A stretch of 64,000 nucleotides of DNA from assembly GCA_051294905.1 (NCBI GenBank), contig CM119379.1, positions 9,238,001 through 9,302,000 on the forward strand. Direction: 5' to 3'. The notes below the pieces were generated by a model that was given only the letters and a program-made list of their open reading frames with translations, searched no databases and was not told the origin of the DNA. Positions 36,201 to 51,200 of this stretch are shown piece after piece; the stretch's first letter is position 1, and the number at the start of each line of letters is the position of its first letter. This DNA is from Botryllus schlosseri (lineage: Eukaryota). A program made the translations under genes and the position numbers.

Positions 36201-39200
36201 GCTTGTGCACCACCTAAATAAGTTACGCCATAAAGAAATATCAAGTTAGAATCGTGTGCGTCACGCGAATGAAGGTATTTCTGGTACGTTAGGACGATTC
36301 CAATAAATTTTTACTGTACCAACAATCCTAATGGGAGGCCAAGAAATAAACCATCATGCAACAAAGTCCATCATCACTAATTTTGTGCTAAAGTTTTCGA
36401 AGACACCATCAGTCACGCCTGTTAATCTGATCACGTGGGCTGAGAATGGATAAATTATATATATTTGACAGTAATATCTCAAACTACTGATATTATCGAC
36501 GAACTTCATTCACGAAGTTGAAAAAAAACCACCTGAACTAATAACTCCCTTCGGTCAAAAAACAACAACAGAATCTACTCGCGTACCACCTGGAAGACCT
36601 TTGCGTACTACAGGTTGGGAGCCACTGCACTACCAGATGAAATGATTATAAAAATTGATCTAACGGCCAACCTGTCTTTTCTTAGTCTCCTCTTCGCCTC
36701 GGTTTCTGTAGTAATTTTCCAGCTTTTTCTTGTCGTGCTCGAACTTACGCTTTATGTGCTCAATGGCGACTTGGTGCGCAGACATCGCTCCAGCACAACC
36801 TGCAGGAGATGGCACAACGTCCACAGACGAACAACGGCCATCGACAAAAGACCCGTCTTCGACTTCTGATAAAACAAGACATCAAAGGCTATCTGTTATG
36901 GTGTTTGCTCTCAGCTACGTAACACGGACTGAACTTTGTGCGGTCAACGATGAGAAATTCAAGAACCATAGAGGCAGAAACACAGTGAGAGTTCACAACT
37001 TGATTTGAAACGACTACAGAAACGCATGGTACAAAATTGGCATCAGACTCTCCATTAGGACTGTTAAAATTTTTTTTCCAATCGTCAGATTGCCTAAAAA
37101 ACAATACACGCCCAATTTGAACCCATTGCCACCAGAATAAATGAAGCTACATGAGTTTGGAGTTTGAAAATTTTGAATTTAATATAAAATATCATTTTCT
37201 TTTCAAATTTTACTGGCAACCCCATGGAATTGTTACGTTGTCTACAAAAACGATGCAAAAACAAATTTGACGCAATTCTAACCCGTAGAAGCGAAGTCAT
37301 TAAAGTTTCTCATTAATAATTCTGGGAATCGCTATCGTCCAGGCTATTTTTGCGAATCCAAAACCCGTCGAAAGTGATCAAAAATTGTTAACCATCGTTC
37401 TTCTAGACAATTTAACAATTTCATAGGGTTTACAGTCAAATTTTTCAAAATTTTTTATAATTAATTCAAAGTTATCAAACTCATGTGCGTTCACGTTTAC
37501 CAGTTAGAATTAAGCCGAATTTGCTGTGCAACCTGAAAATTTAATCAGTGAATCGCCGGAATCTGTGATTTTTTTTAACAACCCTACTGTACATTGACGT
37601 TATCTTCCACAAATTTTCCAAGTCTCCATAAAATTTGATTGATTTAAGAGGACCGATGGAGTTCCCTTCTTAATGAAAGTCCAAAAAAGACATTTACCAC
37701 CAAGTACAACGCTCTTCAGACTGAAAGGTCCAGTTTATTTTTCGGCCATAGTTTGATTTCATGGTCAATAAACAAAGTTTTTATCGGATGCAGGTTATTT
37801 TTTAATTGCCACCACAGATTAGAAGTTTCAATCGGAAAATGCCACGTTTCCATATCAACAAAATATGGGTTTATGGTTTGTCATCGAGCTCAAATCCTAA
37901 TAGAGCAGTTTGTAAATCGCTAAACGATCAATCAACGTACTTGTCCTTTTCGATTCTGTCTCTTCGTCGCTAGAAGCACTTCTCCGTGTGCCAGTCGCGA
38001 CGCCGGTATCCTGTTTTTTCACCGCGGACAGCCTCTGGATTTCGGCTTTAGTCCGGGCGATTTCTTCTTTCAAGTTTTCATTGGCCGACAGCAATTGCTT
38101 CTTGTCTTGTTCGAGCCTGTTCCGTGACGAATTTATGATTGTTAGTGGCGGCATGAATGAACAATTGACACATAGATCTGCATGAGAAAATATCAAAAGG
38201 CGGGGAAATGCGAAACAGGGTTGTAATGACTCGAGTCATTTTTCAATTTGTGTTGTTGTGCATTGACTCGACTTGTAATCGAGTCGTTGCTCATGACTAG
38301 AACCAATTCATATGACTCGAGACTACGACGGCCAAGACAGCCATTTCATTGCAACTTCGTAGAATAGTAAATTCACCACATGATTGGTATTTCGTCTATC
38401 AGTCCTGATACTTGGAAAACAGGGTCAGAAACTGATAGGAATGAGGAAAGTTACGATATTATGAATGTGAGCCATTCTATATCACTGGAGCAGAGTTGAA
38501 GAAAGTGGATTGAACTCAAAACGGAACAGTGAACATAATGACTTGGACTCGGATCACGTCACTACGACTCGGACTCGGTGGTGAATTGAAAATGACTCTA
38601 CTTGATTCGAGTCAAAACTATAAAAGTGATATTGACTTGTGACTCGGAACCATCTGACTTGGTCACAACCCTGCTAAATATCCCTAAAACTACTTTCTAA
38701 TTTACAAAATCCAAAAAGCAAGTAGCTTTGCCTAAAAAAACACGTGAACACATGCCACAGTCGAGAAAAAACGCAACAGCTTGAGTACTTTGGAAATTTT
38801 AATTAATTTGTTACCGACCACCTCTGGGAAGAAGTTATGTCAAATTAGATTGAATGCCAGTAGCAAATTACAGATATGGAACAGAAAATGAAAATACTGG
38901 AAAACATATTCACCTCTCGCGATCCTGTTCGGAGGCAAGGATTTTCTGAGACAGTGCTTCGTTCTGTTCTGCTGCCTCTCTTCTATCTCTCTCTAAACAC
39001 ACAAGACATCGAGAGTAGGCTACAGGCTTTAAAGTAGGAATCGGATAGTATTAAATGCGTTGGCTATTTCATTTGGTAGTGTGGAATGCGTCAAACCAAG
39101 GAAACCATTGGCAAACATTTGTTGTCGAGACGAGAGATTTCGTGTTGTCGCAAGAGGCCATTCACACTTTCGTTGCTGATGATTACCCCTGACGAGTGTC

Positions 39201-42200
39201 AGCCGAAAATATTTGGGTTCATTTCAATATGAATATATTATTCAATTTTTTTAGAATATTGTTGCTTATTGTAAATTGGGATCGTGATAGTAATAGAAAT
39301 GGTTCATTTCTTTCCCCACTAGACGCCGACCAAATTAATACCGTACCCCAGTCAGTTCAGTAGGCATTAACGGTATATACAAAACCTATGTTTGCAAAGG
39401 ATTACCGAATAAATCGTGTCAATGGTCACCATATTGTTTCCTACCTGACTGCCTGTGAGATTCGCGCAATTTTTCTCTGATCACTTCAATATCTTGTTGA
39501 GCGGCAGTGAATTCAGCTAAACGGTCGGCTTGCAGTTCATCCAATGTGTCCCTAAAATGACAAGGTATGATACATGAACAAAATTTCGATGGCATCGCAG
39601 TGCTACTTGGTTGACTTCATTTACGTTTGAATAGAAAATATTCACTACTGAAAATCAAATGTACAACAAAGTAGTAAAAATTGAAGCCTTCATATAATTC
39701 TTTGTGATAACATAGTTGCTCATCATCAGGCCTAATGATAGACCTACGTAACGGTGTGATAAATGATAAAAAGCAACGGAGATGATTTGCTGGAATAAGC
39801 TGAATGTGATTTCAGCAAGACCACTAATAATTATAAGCTGGCTTTGCCAGTGAAAAAGAGAAAATATTAATTTAGTTTAGAAAGGATGTCAGAACGGCTA
39901 CAAAAACTTTCTTAGACATTAATTTTCTGACATTAGTTTTACTATAATATGCTGAAGTTATTGATTCAATAACTTTTCGCTACATCATACCACACAGGGC
40001 AAGGCTGTCCTGAAAAGCTTGTAGCCTTCTTTTCCTTGTGTTTGGGAGACATTTTTCTACAAAAATTACCAGAATTGAACAGCTGAGCAGCCAAAATCAA
40101 CAGGAAATCTAACCACTACCACTGCGGCGAGTAAGTCTTTATAACAAAGAGATGTGATAAAGTATACTAGTCGTCACATTTGAAACACATTTTTGTACGA
40201 TCCCCCAAAACACGTCAAAATACACAAGCTACATAGCAATCACCTGTTGGCATTGGACATCTCTTCCATCAATCTCGTCATCTCGCGTTCCACATCAGCC
40301 ACCGCTTTATCCTTGATTTTGACAAGACCACAGACCTCCTTCTCGTGTTTCTCGTTCAAATCCGAGACAACCCCGTCACATTCTTCCCGCAAATGCGACA
40401 CCTCCCGCGTGTGCGCCGACTTCAACCCCTCCAATTCCTCCTTACAGGATTTCGAAATTTCTGCGGCACGCGACTGGAACGTGCGCAGTTGAATATTCGC
40501 CTCCGCCAATTCGTCACGAGCGCACCGCAACTCGGACGCCGTAACTCTCGCATGCTGTTCCGATTCCGCCAGCTTCGATTTTAAATCGCTCAGAGCCTCG
40601 TCCTTGCCCCTTTCCTCGCACAGTTTTGTCTCGTAGCCAGCGATCAAAGCCTGGAGCGATTCGATTTTATCGCGAGCCTTACGCAACGCAATCTCGCGTT
40701 CAGTAATCAAATTTTTCGCAGCGTAAACTTCACAGTATGATTTCTGTCGCGAATCGCTCGTCACTTTGAGCTGATCCGACAGTTCGTTAATTTTCGCTTC
40801 ATAAACAACGACAGTTTCAGCGTGGTCTTGCTCCTTGCGGTCGCGAATCGACAGCTGTTCTTCCAACTCTTGTATTCTGTCGTCGGCCGCCGATAGTTCG
40901 GCTCGGCATAGTTTTATTTTATCTTCCGCCTTTGCAATCGTAGACGAGAGCCTTTCGATTTGCTCTTCTTTCTCGGCTGTCATTTCCAGGTACCTCCTGT
41001 CGCTGTCTCTTTCCAAGGTTTCTATTTCGGCGCGTAGACGATCCACCGTGGCTTTGGTAGCGTGGAGTTCAGAGTTGGCTTGTTCGACTTGCGCATCGCT
41101 TGCCAAACACTCTTGCTTCGAAGTCTGAAAGTAGTATCGTTTTAATGAGTTGCAAAATTTCAGATTTATTTCGCTGCGGCGATCGCGAGAGTGTGCTCAA
41201 ACGATAATAATTGTTTGTTGCTTATTCAAATAACCTTATTTTGCCAAAAGCCACTGACGTGAATACTTAATTGTTGGATTGCTAGAATATACATAGTACA
41301 CCACACATAGTTAGCTCGATTGAAACTAGTCAACCCGGAGTAATCGCAATCGGAAAATTTGACCGTTTCTTAAAATACCGTAATAGTATGTACGGTGGCA
41401 CATTTTATGCCGATTTCTATCGGCCTATATCCTTTTATTGCGTTTGATAAAATGAGCACAGCAGGAAACATAGGAAGCACGTAGCTTAACTTTATAAACT
41501 GCTCAAGTCGAAGTAACGAAATTGTCAGCACTTGATGAAGTAGGACTACTGACATTACTGATCAGCACCGAAACAGGGTTTAAAAGTGCCGAAAGTAGCC
41601 AATTAATATTCTATTATTTCATAAAACGTGTTTTAGGGCAACCAAACAATTTAATCGCTGTGAAATTTGGAAAAATCTACTCACACAAATATTTTCGGAC
41701 CTTTCATATTCTACTTCGGAACCAATTTTAGCATGTCTTGGAAAGCGTGAATTCGGAAGTACCTGTATTTTTACTTTAGTAGCAATTTGGACTACTTTGA
41801 TCACTTACGCTGATAAATCATTTCAGTAACGACTATCTATTGCACAAACATGGAAGAATAAGCAAAACACTCGGTTCGTACAGGGATAGACACATACCTG
41901 GAGTCTAGATTCCAAATCCACTATCTGAGTCTGTGCCTTCTCCAGTTCTGAATGTTCGTTTTCCAGTTGTCTCCTCAAGTCTTCCGACTCTGCTCGGTAG
42001 TCGGCACACCGTTTCTCATAATCCGAATCCGAAGTTTGTTGGATCATTTTTTGCAACATAATTTCCGCTTCGAGTTTCCTAAAAAAGTAGGTGATTACAT
42101 TACTGGTACGCGAAAGACTGAGATTTGGTTTAAAATGTCAACAGCAGTGAGAATGTTGCACTACGAAGTGTAGGTGCAGTCAATAAAATAAGTACTATTA

Positions 42201-45200
42201 CGTTGAACACATAGAATCGTGCACTCACTTGATAAGCATGTTGAGGTCTTCTATATCTTCGGTGGACGTTTTCGAGAGCTTCTGATAGTCAAATTGCAAC
42301 TGAAAATAATCGGCAATATTCAGATATATCACAAAGCCTGTAACCAGCCATAGGATCGGTCAAAATGCAGTACTACTACTTTTTCGATTTACTCAAGTAG
42401 GTTTCACCTGCTTGCAAAAGTGACAATTTTCAGACTAGTTACAGTTCTACTGAACAGTTTTGTGACGTAAAACTAAACACTTTGGTTTTGTGAGGTAGCA
42501 AAGTATATTTTTGAAAATTGATATATTCGAACATTGAGAATTGAAAATCGAAACAGCACCGGGAAAGTGTCGAACACAGGAGCGACCAATAAAGTAACTT
42601 TCCGAGTCGCACCTGATGGATCTTTTTTCTCAAAGACTTAGCGTCTGGCTGATCGCTCGTAAACGAATGAAACATCTCATCGTCGCTGCTCAAATCTGCA
42701 AAGGAAAATCAAAGTCGCATTACGTCAAACGCAAAACGCTACTTTTCAAAACAGGAAAGCGGTTTGGTTTAGCTAATACTCACCGTCAACTTTATGGTAC
42801 GAATTCGAATCAACCGACCCGACATTCATCCCGGAATTCCTTCTCAGACGCAGCGCCGGAGATTCGAAACCGACAGGACACTCGACCGACGCAGACTCGT
42901 TATTTTGCGTGACGGCGTTCCGCGAAGAGACGTTTTCTCCGAGCGACGCAGGGATTATGCTGAAAAATTCCGGAGACCCAACAAGGTTTTCGACATCGTT
43001 TCTTTCGGAAGTAGAAAGACTTTCCACAGAAGACAAAATTGTTTCGTGAGTTATAGTCGCGGACGAATGGGCTCTGAAAAAGAGATGATATATAATAGTA
43101 AATGATTATCTTTAAAGGGGCACTGCACTCTAAAATTGATGTGGTCTCAAATTGAAGGGAAAAACGAAAAAATATTTTTGGCCGTAGCCATTTTCATCAG
43201 AACGCCACCGTAATGGAGCTGCAATTTATTGAAATTTCCACAGGGGTTTCACGCTCCAGCAGTCACGCAGAGATCGAACTCTATATAGTTGTCAGTTGAT
43301 CATGTCTAACAATGTTTTATACATAAACAATGTTTTATACTTAAGAATAGGACATGATCTATTTCTGCCCTAAAGAAATAGAATACACGAGGCTGATTTT
43401 GACATAACTCTCCTGACTGGACATCTTCCGTTCAATGCGGTATCTAAACCACCTTGGCATGTACGACATATTTCCTTCATAACATCGGCTGGCAACTATA
43501 TAAAGTTCGATCTCTGCGTGACTGCTGGAGCGTGAAACCCCTGTGGAAATTTCAATAAATTGCAGCTCCATTATGGTGGCGTTCTGATAAAAATGGCTGC
43601 GGCCAAAAATATTTTTTCGTTTTGCCCTTCAATTTGAGACAACATCATTTTTAGAGTGCAGTGCCCCTTTAAGAGCAGATCAATCCGTGATGACCACTAA
43701 CACGATAAGGACTAGAGCTGGGCACAGTCATACGAGCACTCAAATCTGAAACGGGTATTAATTCTAATGATCCGAGAGAAGCGGTGAAAGATCATTTTCT
43801 GCAGTAATCTAATAACACGCCCCTTGACATTATAACAAGAGTTGATCTACTAACGAGAATTATAGTTTCGATAATATTTTCCACCATGTAAGCCTTGAAA
43901 CCGCGATTTGCGCAACAAGCTACGCATGTTGGTGGGAATTGGTGAATATGACAACTGATCGCAATACCATCGGTAGCGAGGTACATGAATGCATTTTCGA
44001 AAATTGTAGCTATTTCCATTGTCAATAGTCACTTTCTTTTAGCCGCGATGGCACATCGTTCAATCATGAAAGAAGTCACCTCTGATTGAACGGACAATAT
44101 ATATACAACAATATAAGAATGCGAAAAGTGTCCTTTTCACACCAGTAAGTTTTGACCGAGGAATCGATAATTCTACTTGAGAATGGTCAGTGTCCACTGT
44201 CCTGTCGTCATGGCTTTTGGTTTCTGAGCCATATAAAGGGAATCTAAACAGCAGCGCAACAATATTCTAGAAATACCTTTGAGGTAGTTCAGGCTCTTCT
44301 GCGTTTGGCGCCTCCTGCACCATCTCACTGTTCGTTTCTTCTTTCAAGTTTGCCACGGACGCAACTACAAAAGCGCCAGGCGGACTGTGAGTAATCGACG
44401 TCGGTTCGACGACTGCAAACGACCCCGTGTGGCTTTCCCGCATGCTCGAGGCGTCATGACTTTCGGAACACGTGGGTCCGTCAATCCGCAGGCTGCCCGT
44501 GTCGGCCATTGCTGTGGAGGTAGGCGATGAAATCGTGGATCGCATGTCCAGAAATGATGTCGAGCTCGACACGGAGACCTGTTTGTTTGCAATTGTAACA
44601 CATAATATATAAATAAGTGTTTCTTAACCAGGGTTCAACCGAATTTGCAGAACTCACACTTATATGCAGTAAATATAGATAATAATCATTTTGTCTTGTC
44701 CAAAAATCATATTTTAATAGTATTGTTCTTTTAACACTGTTGTTGATACACAGTTCATTTTGTGAGACCAGTCAGTCTTGTACATGGATATGAAGGCCCA
44801 TCACAATGTCACATTTAAGCTAGAACACAGGATCATCAACAGACAAGCGGTAATCAATACAGTTCTATTGAATATATTGATCCAAATCTGTGCACCTACA
44901 AGCCAGAAGATTAGGCTTACTACTCCAGATGGAGACTAATCTAGCGCGATAATTTTAGATTTGAAAAATCAAACTGACATCTTGCCTGTGACTATTTTTG
45001 AGCTTATTCACTTCAACGCAAAAGTGAAATCTGATTAATGGCTGTGCAATTCAGCAGCCGTGAGCCATCGCTTTGCTAGAATCATCAGAAGTCACACAGG
45101 TGCAATCACACCTCAACAAAAGACAGCAAAAGTATTCATGAAATAAAGAGTATGAACCTCTAGAATAAATAAACCGATATTATATTCAGATTTGCAATTA

Positions 45201-48200
45201 TTCTTTTGAATTCTCTACTAGTTTCCGACAATCACCCCTGAGAAGTGTCAGCCGAGAATAGTCAGGTTTATTTTAACATGAATATATATTATTCAATGGC
45301 ATATTGAAGTTCAGTATCGCAAAGACTCTAATATATTTAGATAAGACACAAAAATGATGAATTTATATTGCAACAATGCACCGTTTACTCATTACTTTTC
45401 ATCGTTTACTACTGAACCACCATCATCAATGTCTCACCCGTAATATATCTTTATAATTCGGCAACAGCCGCGACAAGGTATCCAACTGTTCTTCTGTTAT
45501 ATCAGGCAGGTTGCTATCGAAATCGCATAAAGTCTTTTTCGATAACGGCGGAGGCTTGTCGGAAAATCCTTTGAATAGTTTCTAGAAATAAAGGAAAATC
45601 GTTACATATTTTATGGCGTACAAGCAAGCTGCAGTCTACATGGAACGACACAAGATAATGCATATATTTAACTATAGCCATAATACCGACAAATATATAA
45701 GTCTAGAGAAATTCATTTTCGGAAGAGATTGCATTTCATAGATCTGTTTGAAGAGCTTCTTGGAGGTACAGTACAGAACTTGAATATACAATAGAGTAGT
45801 ATATTCATATTGAAATGAACCGGAATATTTTCGGCTGACACTCGTCAGGGGTAATCTTTAACAACTGTTAAAGAATTGGAAAGAACTTGGGTATATCAAC
45901 AATCCTATCACAAAATATGACACCACCTGCATGAAATTTCGAATAATCGGGGTGAAATTTCATGCTGGTTAGTGGTGATGTCATATTTTGTTTGTTGATA
46001 TACAATGTTTTTTCCCATTTCTCTACTAGTTGCTGATGATTAGCCTACCCCTGACGAGTGTCAGACAAAAATATTTGGGTTCATTTTAATATGAATATAC
46101 TATTCAATTGTGTACCTCCATTTGCTCCTCTGCAGTGCGATGGCTTGTGAAATCATATTCGAATCAACAAATTCAAAATCCGTCTCATTTCTGATCAAAT
46201 GTGATTTCAGTCTCCAGTATGGAATTCATCCATTATATCTGCTTATATGACTCACAGACACGTACAAACCTCCAACTTGACCCGTTCGTTTATAGAGATG
46301 CATTGAATAGATTAATAATAAAGAAATGAATTGTTACCTGAATAAAATGTCCGGAAACATTGGAATGAAACGTCTTTCGTTTAGCAATTTCTCTCTCCCT
46401 GTCGACCCGGGCATCAGTGATAGCTTTATTAGCCCACTAATAAGAGAAAAAAGAACATATTAAAAATAAAGTTTGACAGGTGCACTATTGGACAGCAAAA
46501 TAGTTGTGATTTGCGATACTACTTTTATAATGTGAGCAACGCGAATTCCAGATTAAAACCAAATAGACTTATATCTAATCGTAATATCCACTGAAACTGA
46601 GCTCACCAACACTTTTAAACTAGAATCATTTGCCTCTACGGAAGGCAGTGTTCACGGTATCAGGAATCAAGGATATATTTTTAACCATTACATAATGACG
46701 ATGATGATAATAATAACATGCTGATTATCATCAACCACCATTATCGTCATATGCAAGGGAAGGCAATAATTCAAAAGGCAAGTAGCCGGTTCGTGGTACA
46801 GAACATTAAGATTCCTTTCATGACAACATCTATTGCAAGAAAAGATTCAAAAGTGACACCAATATGGTTCAACATTAAGTTATGTAAGTACTGTGTAACA
46901 ATAAGGAATACAGACCGAGAAATTCACATTATGACAATGGCAACAACAAACTTTGAAGGACACTGTATAACAATAGCAACACTAAAGGTAAAAACAACAG
47001 ATGTCTTACTCAAGAGAAAGCAAACTGATGGGACAATTGTAAGTCATACAGAAAATCTTTTTGTTTACATTAACTGGATTGATCAACTGAATATTCGATG
47101 ATTCTAGTTCTAGTTGCCAGTTTTGAAATGCGAGAAGTTCTAGTACTATCTCCAATTGCGTATTTTGAAAATCCAGTAGTTCGCACAAGTCTGGTGGTGA
47201 CACTATCAAAATTACCATAATATTTTGTCTGCTCTCGATTGTGGGGTGGTCACCGCAAATCAACCCTCAGTAATCCGCACACTGATTTGGCTGAGGGATA
47301 GGTTCTGAGGGTCAGCAGGCCGGAATTGAACTGGGGACCTCTGGTTTGCGAGACCTGAGTTGTGGCCAATGACGGAGGCAATAAAAAAATCACAAGAAAT
47401 CTTACTTTTATATACAAGCTAGAAAAATGTTTCCTCCGGACGACTTCAGTGAGGGACGACAGATAGAGGGAGGGCGACCGTTTGACTTGAGCGAGAAACT
47501 GCCTTTGTCTCTCCAATTGCGTGAGCTGTTGCAGGAACATGGAAAACGTGATGTCCGTTTTCACAATCGCTCTCTGCAACTGATACAGCCGCCTGGAAAT
47601 CAACGGAGGAAATTTGTAACGAAGCACACCAAGGCCTACTTATTGCAGTTAAAAATTTTGGATTCGCAAAAATAGCCTGGACGGTGGGTGGGTAATCCCA
47701 GAACTCTTAATGAAAAACTTGAATAACTTCGCCTATACGGGTTGGAATTGCATCAAATTTGTTTTACATCGTTTTTTGTAGACTACTCAACAATCTCATG
47801 GGGTTGACAGTTAAATTTGAAAATCTTTCAAAATTTGTTTCATAATAAATTCAAAATTTCAACTCCTGTGCGTTGACATCTACCAGCTGGAATCGAGCGT
47901 ATTTGGCGAGCAGCGTTTTTTAGACAACCTAACAATTTAATTGCCAAAAGTATGCGAGCCCTCGACCAATTCTAATCCTTGAAACTTTGAGTGCTTTTTA
48001 AATACTTGAACTAGTTTTGACATGTCTTAGAAATTGTTAGGTCTACTTGTAATTGAGTGGAAATCTATGGTGTCATTTTTTTCTACTCCAGTAGCAACGA
48101 CGGATATTTTGATCCCCTCCGGAAATCAAAAACAGAGCCATTGAAATACACCTTTGCAATACCGGTAGTACTTTCGAATTTGGGCTTGTCAAAGTCAATC

Positions 48201-51200
48201 TTGACATCTCAATCTTGAATCCTTCACATGATCCGTACCACAAATCATAGTTCCGATTTTAAATCTACTCCAGAATGCAGCCTGTTTAAAATAGCTACAG
48301 TAAACCGGGGTAACTTTGGACTTAAGGGTAACTTTGAACACTAAGCAGTAAAAGATTTAAATGGTTATTGATGAAAAAGGGTTGCTGCTGGATGTCCAAT
48401 TCTTTTTCATGAGGCAACAGTACCACAAGTAGTCTCGATAAAAGGTGAATTCATTTCACTACCAGATAAACTTGGCCCAATATTGATAAATTAATAGCGG
48501 GGGTCAATTTCATCAAAATTGATGGCCATTAAAATTCTTACTACCAAACATAGATAGCATGTGATTCATAGATTCAAAACTTGGCAGCAGATACCTCACC
48601 CTTAGATCAATATAAGAAAATCTGATGTCCAAAGTCACCCCGTCAAATTTTATCAGAAAGGGGTAACTTTGGACAGTGGGAAATGTGGTATTCAGAGCCT
48701 TGGCAAGTGGCTGCTTCATCTGTGTCAAAGTGTGTTGTCAACCATATTCGTTATGACCGGCCTGATGGCTTTTATAATGGAAGGAGAAGGTTAATAACTT
48801 AAGAGTTTGCCAAAATATGAAAACATGCGTAGGCAATAAGCCGAGAGATTGTAATCGGGTGTAAGCTACTTCAAAATCTTATCATATAATCTTAAAGATG
48901 CGCCTGCTGAATATGGGATATCGTAAATTACGACAAATACATCTATCAGAAGACATAGGAAAGGGAAAGTGTATCTTTTAAAGAACAGTAATATATTTGA
49001 AATCGGCAATAAATCATGGTAACATGCTTAGCCTAATGTTTGCTGCCGATTGCTGACACCGCCAGTGGGATACCCCTTATCACCATATGTTATTTATAAG
49101 TCCTAATTGGTGAAGGCATGAGGGAAAATTGACATAAGGGATGAATAAGGCGGCATCTAAACTACTTAATTTTTTTTTTTTGGGGGGGGGAGGGGGGATA
49201 AGGTAAAAATCATGCAATAGGCCAGACATATACTATTTTGTTTCAGTTTTGGCCACTGCTTTCATCAACTCTTACCAAGTAAGCCTCATTTACGAGGCTT
49301 CATAAACAGTAGAGTGTAAAGACATACAAAAAAACTGCATTGTCCAAAGTTACCCCACATGCCGGGGTAACTTTGGACACGGATAATTTACAAAAATAAG
49401 GTAGCCTACTATATATGACCATGAAGATTCTGGATTAGTTAATTCAAATCTTTGCTCCAGGACCCATGAAAAACACACAACTTGCCTCCCCTACACTCTA
49501 GCACAGCGGTTCTCAACCTTTTATTTTATTTTTTTAATTTGAGAAAGCATGAGGCAGTTTCACTCCACAACTGCTAAAACCTCATGACTCATATCATCAT
49601 AATAATCGTCTGACATGAACTATCGTAGCGTGGAAATTCATTTTCACTGCCAATTTTCCAATAACCCGCTGATACAAACATATTGCTGTTTAGAGACGTT
49701 TTGTTGGGGTTTATGGAAAAATAAAAATATTGAGATAGTAACGTAATGTCTGCGAAACCTTCTCAATTTACAGTTGTCAGTCTCGTCAAATTAGTGAACA
49801 GTCGTTTGAAATAAAAATTTCCGAAGTATTTCCCTAATTTGTCCCGATGCAGGGATTGAAACCTCGCCACGAAATCCATTCTATATCCTGGGATATGCAT
49901 AACCACGATTAGAACAGCTTCTTGGAGGTACAGAACTTCAATATATAATTAAATAGTATATTCATATTGAAATGAACCTGAATATTTTCGGCTGACACTC
50001 GTCATAAATCGGACAATGATATACCTGCTCTTAAAGCTCGGCTATCAGATTTGGCGCATTCTTATTGCGGATGCCCTATCGACAAGGCTGATTTTTTGAT
50101 GGACAAGGAGTGTTTCGTTGCTATCAAAGCATTACGCTCCAACCCTGAAATTCATATCATCAGTTATATTGGTATGCGGCCTTGTCTTATTAATGTTCAA
50201 TTGTTCATGGTCGTAAATGTTTGCTTGTAAATATATATGTAAACCCGAACAGAACAAGTCGTTTCATGACAGTCTTTCTCAGGTTGGAAATCTTAGATCC
50301 ATTCTTTGGCGCATAAAATTTGTCTATACTTTTAGATTAGGATTTAACTTTGACGGTAGAAACTCTCTGCGGGCCGATCAAAATGTCGTCACGAATTCGG
50401 CCCGCGGTTCGTATGTTGCCCATCCCTGCGCTAGATGCTGGACGTGATATGTTCATAAACGATATGTTTCTTCATTTTGGTGCCATAAATGTTGCGATCA
50501 CACCAAAAGTATTGTCGGAAGCGTTATGCGTTAGTATTGCATTAGTCTCCATCTATCTTTGTGGAAATGGTTTTCGACACTCCTCGTTCATATCAAAACG
50601 AAGACGCGGATTTTCAAGACACGACCACGTACTTCAAGAAATACAGCAGCAAAATTAGCTTTGGAATAATAAAAGTCTACCAATTTCTACATAAATAGTA
50701 CGATGTTATTTAAAAAAAATCATTATTTTGCTGTTTATCACAAGCATACAGTTCATATTTGGACAAGACAGATGAAGGTTGCACCATAATAAAGTTAAAA
50801 TTGAACTAAAACTTGAGGGGGTCCGTGAGGGTCCGTGACGGTCAAAAGGGGTCCGCGAAGCCAAAAAGGTTGAGAACCACTGCTCTAGCATTTCCTAGAT
50901 ACAAAGCGGAATTGTTGAAAATTGTCCAAAGTTACCCCGGTTTACGGTAATAATGTCGTCTGTGTAATAATGTCTCACACAGGGGCCAATTTAGTAAAAA
51001 AATGAAATTGAAACAATATAACATTGCAATATTTGTGGCGAGTCAAATCTACATAAATCGTAAAAAAAATAATTGGAAGCAACACGTTCTTTTCAAAATC
51101 GTAACCAAACTAGCTCCTGCCTAAAGTTATGATGAGCATTGATTCAGTCCGAAATCGAACAAATAATACCTCAATCTTTTATGCAACTCGGCGGACAGTT

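Larger units (their letters stand above)
48298..50947. mobile_element. pogo/Tigger-like (Tc1/mariner) non-autonomous element carrying nested insertions
   Basis: TA-CAGTAAACCGGGGTAACTTTGGAC ... GTCCAAAGTTACCCCGGTTTACGG-TA. Internal copies of GGGGTAACTTTGGAC near 48660 and 49350-49380. Confidence 0.8.

Noticed and set aside
46718-47101. 127-aa ORF antisense to RB1CC1
   Set aside because: Low-complexity A/C-rich intron sequence with no recognisable domain or splice context.
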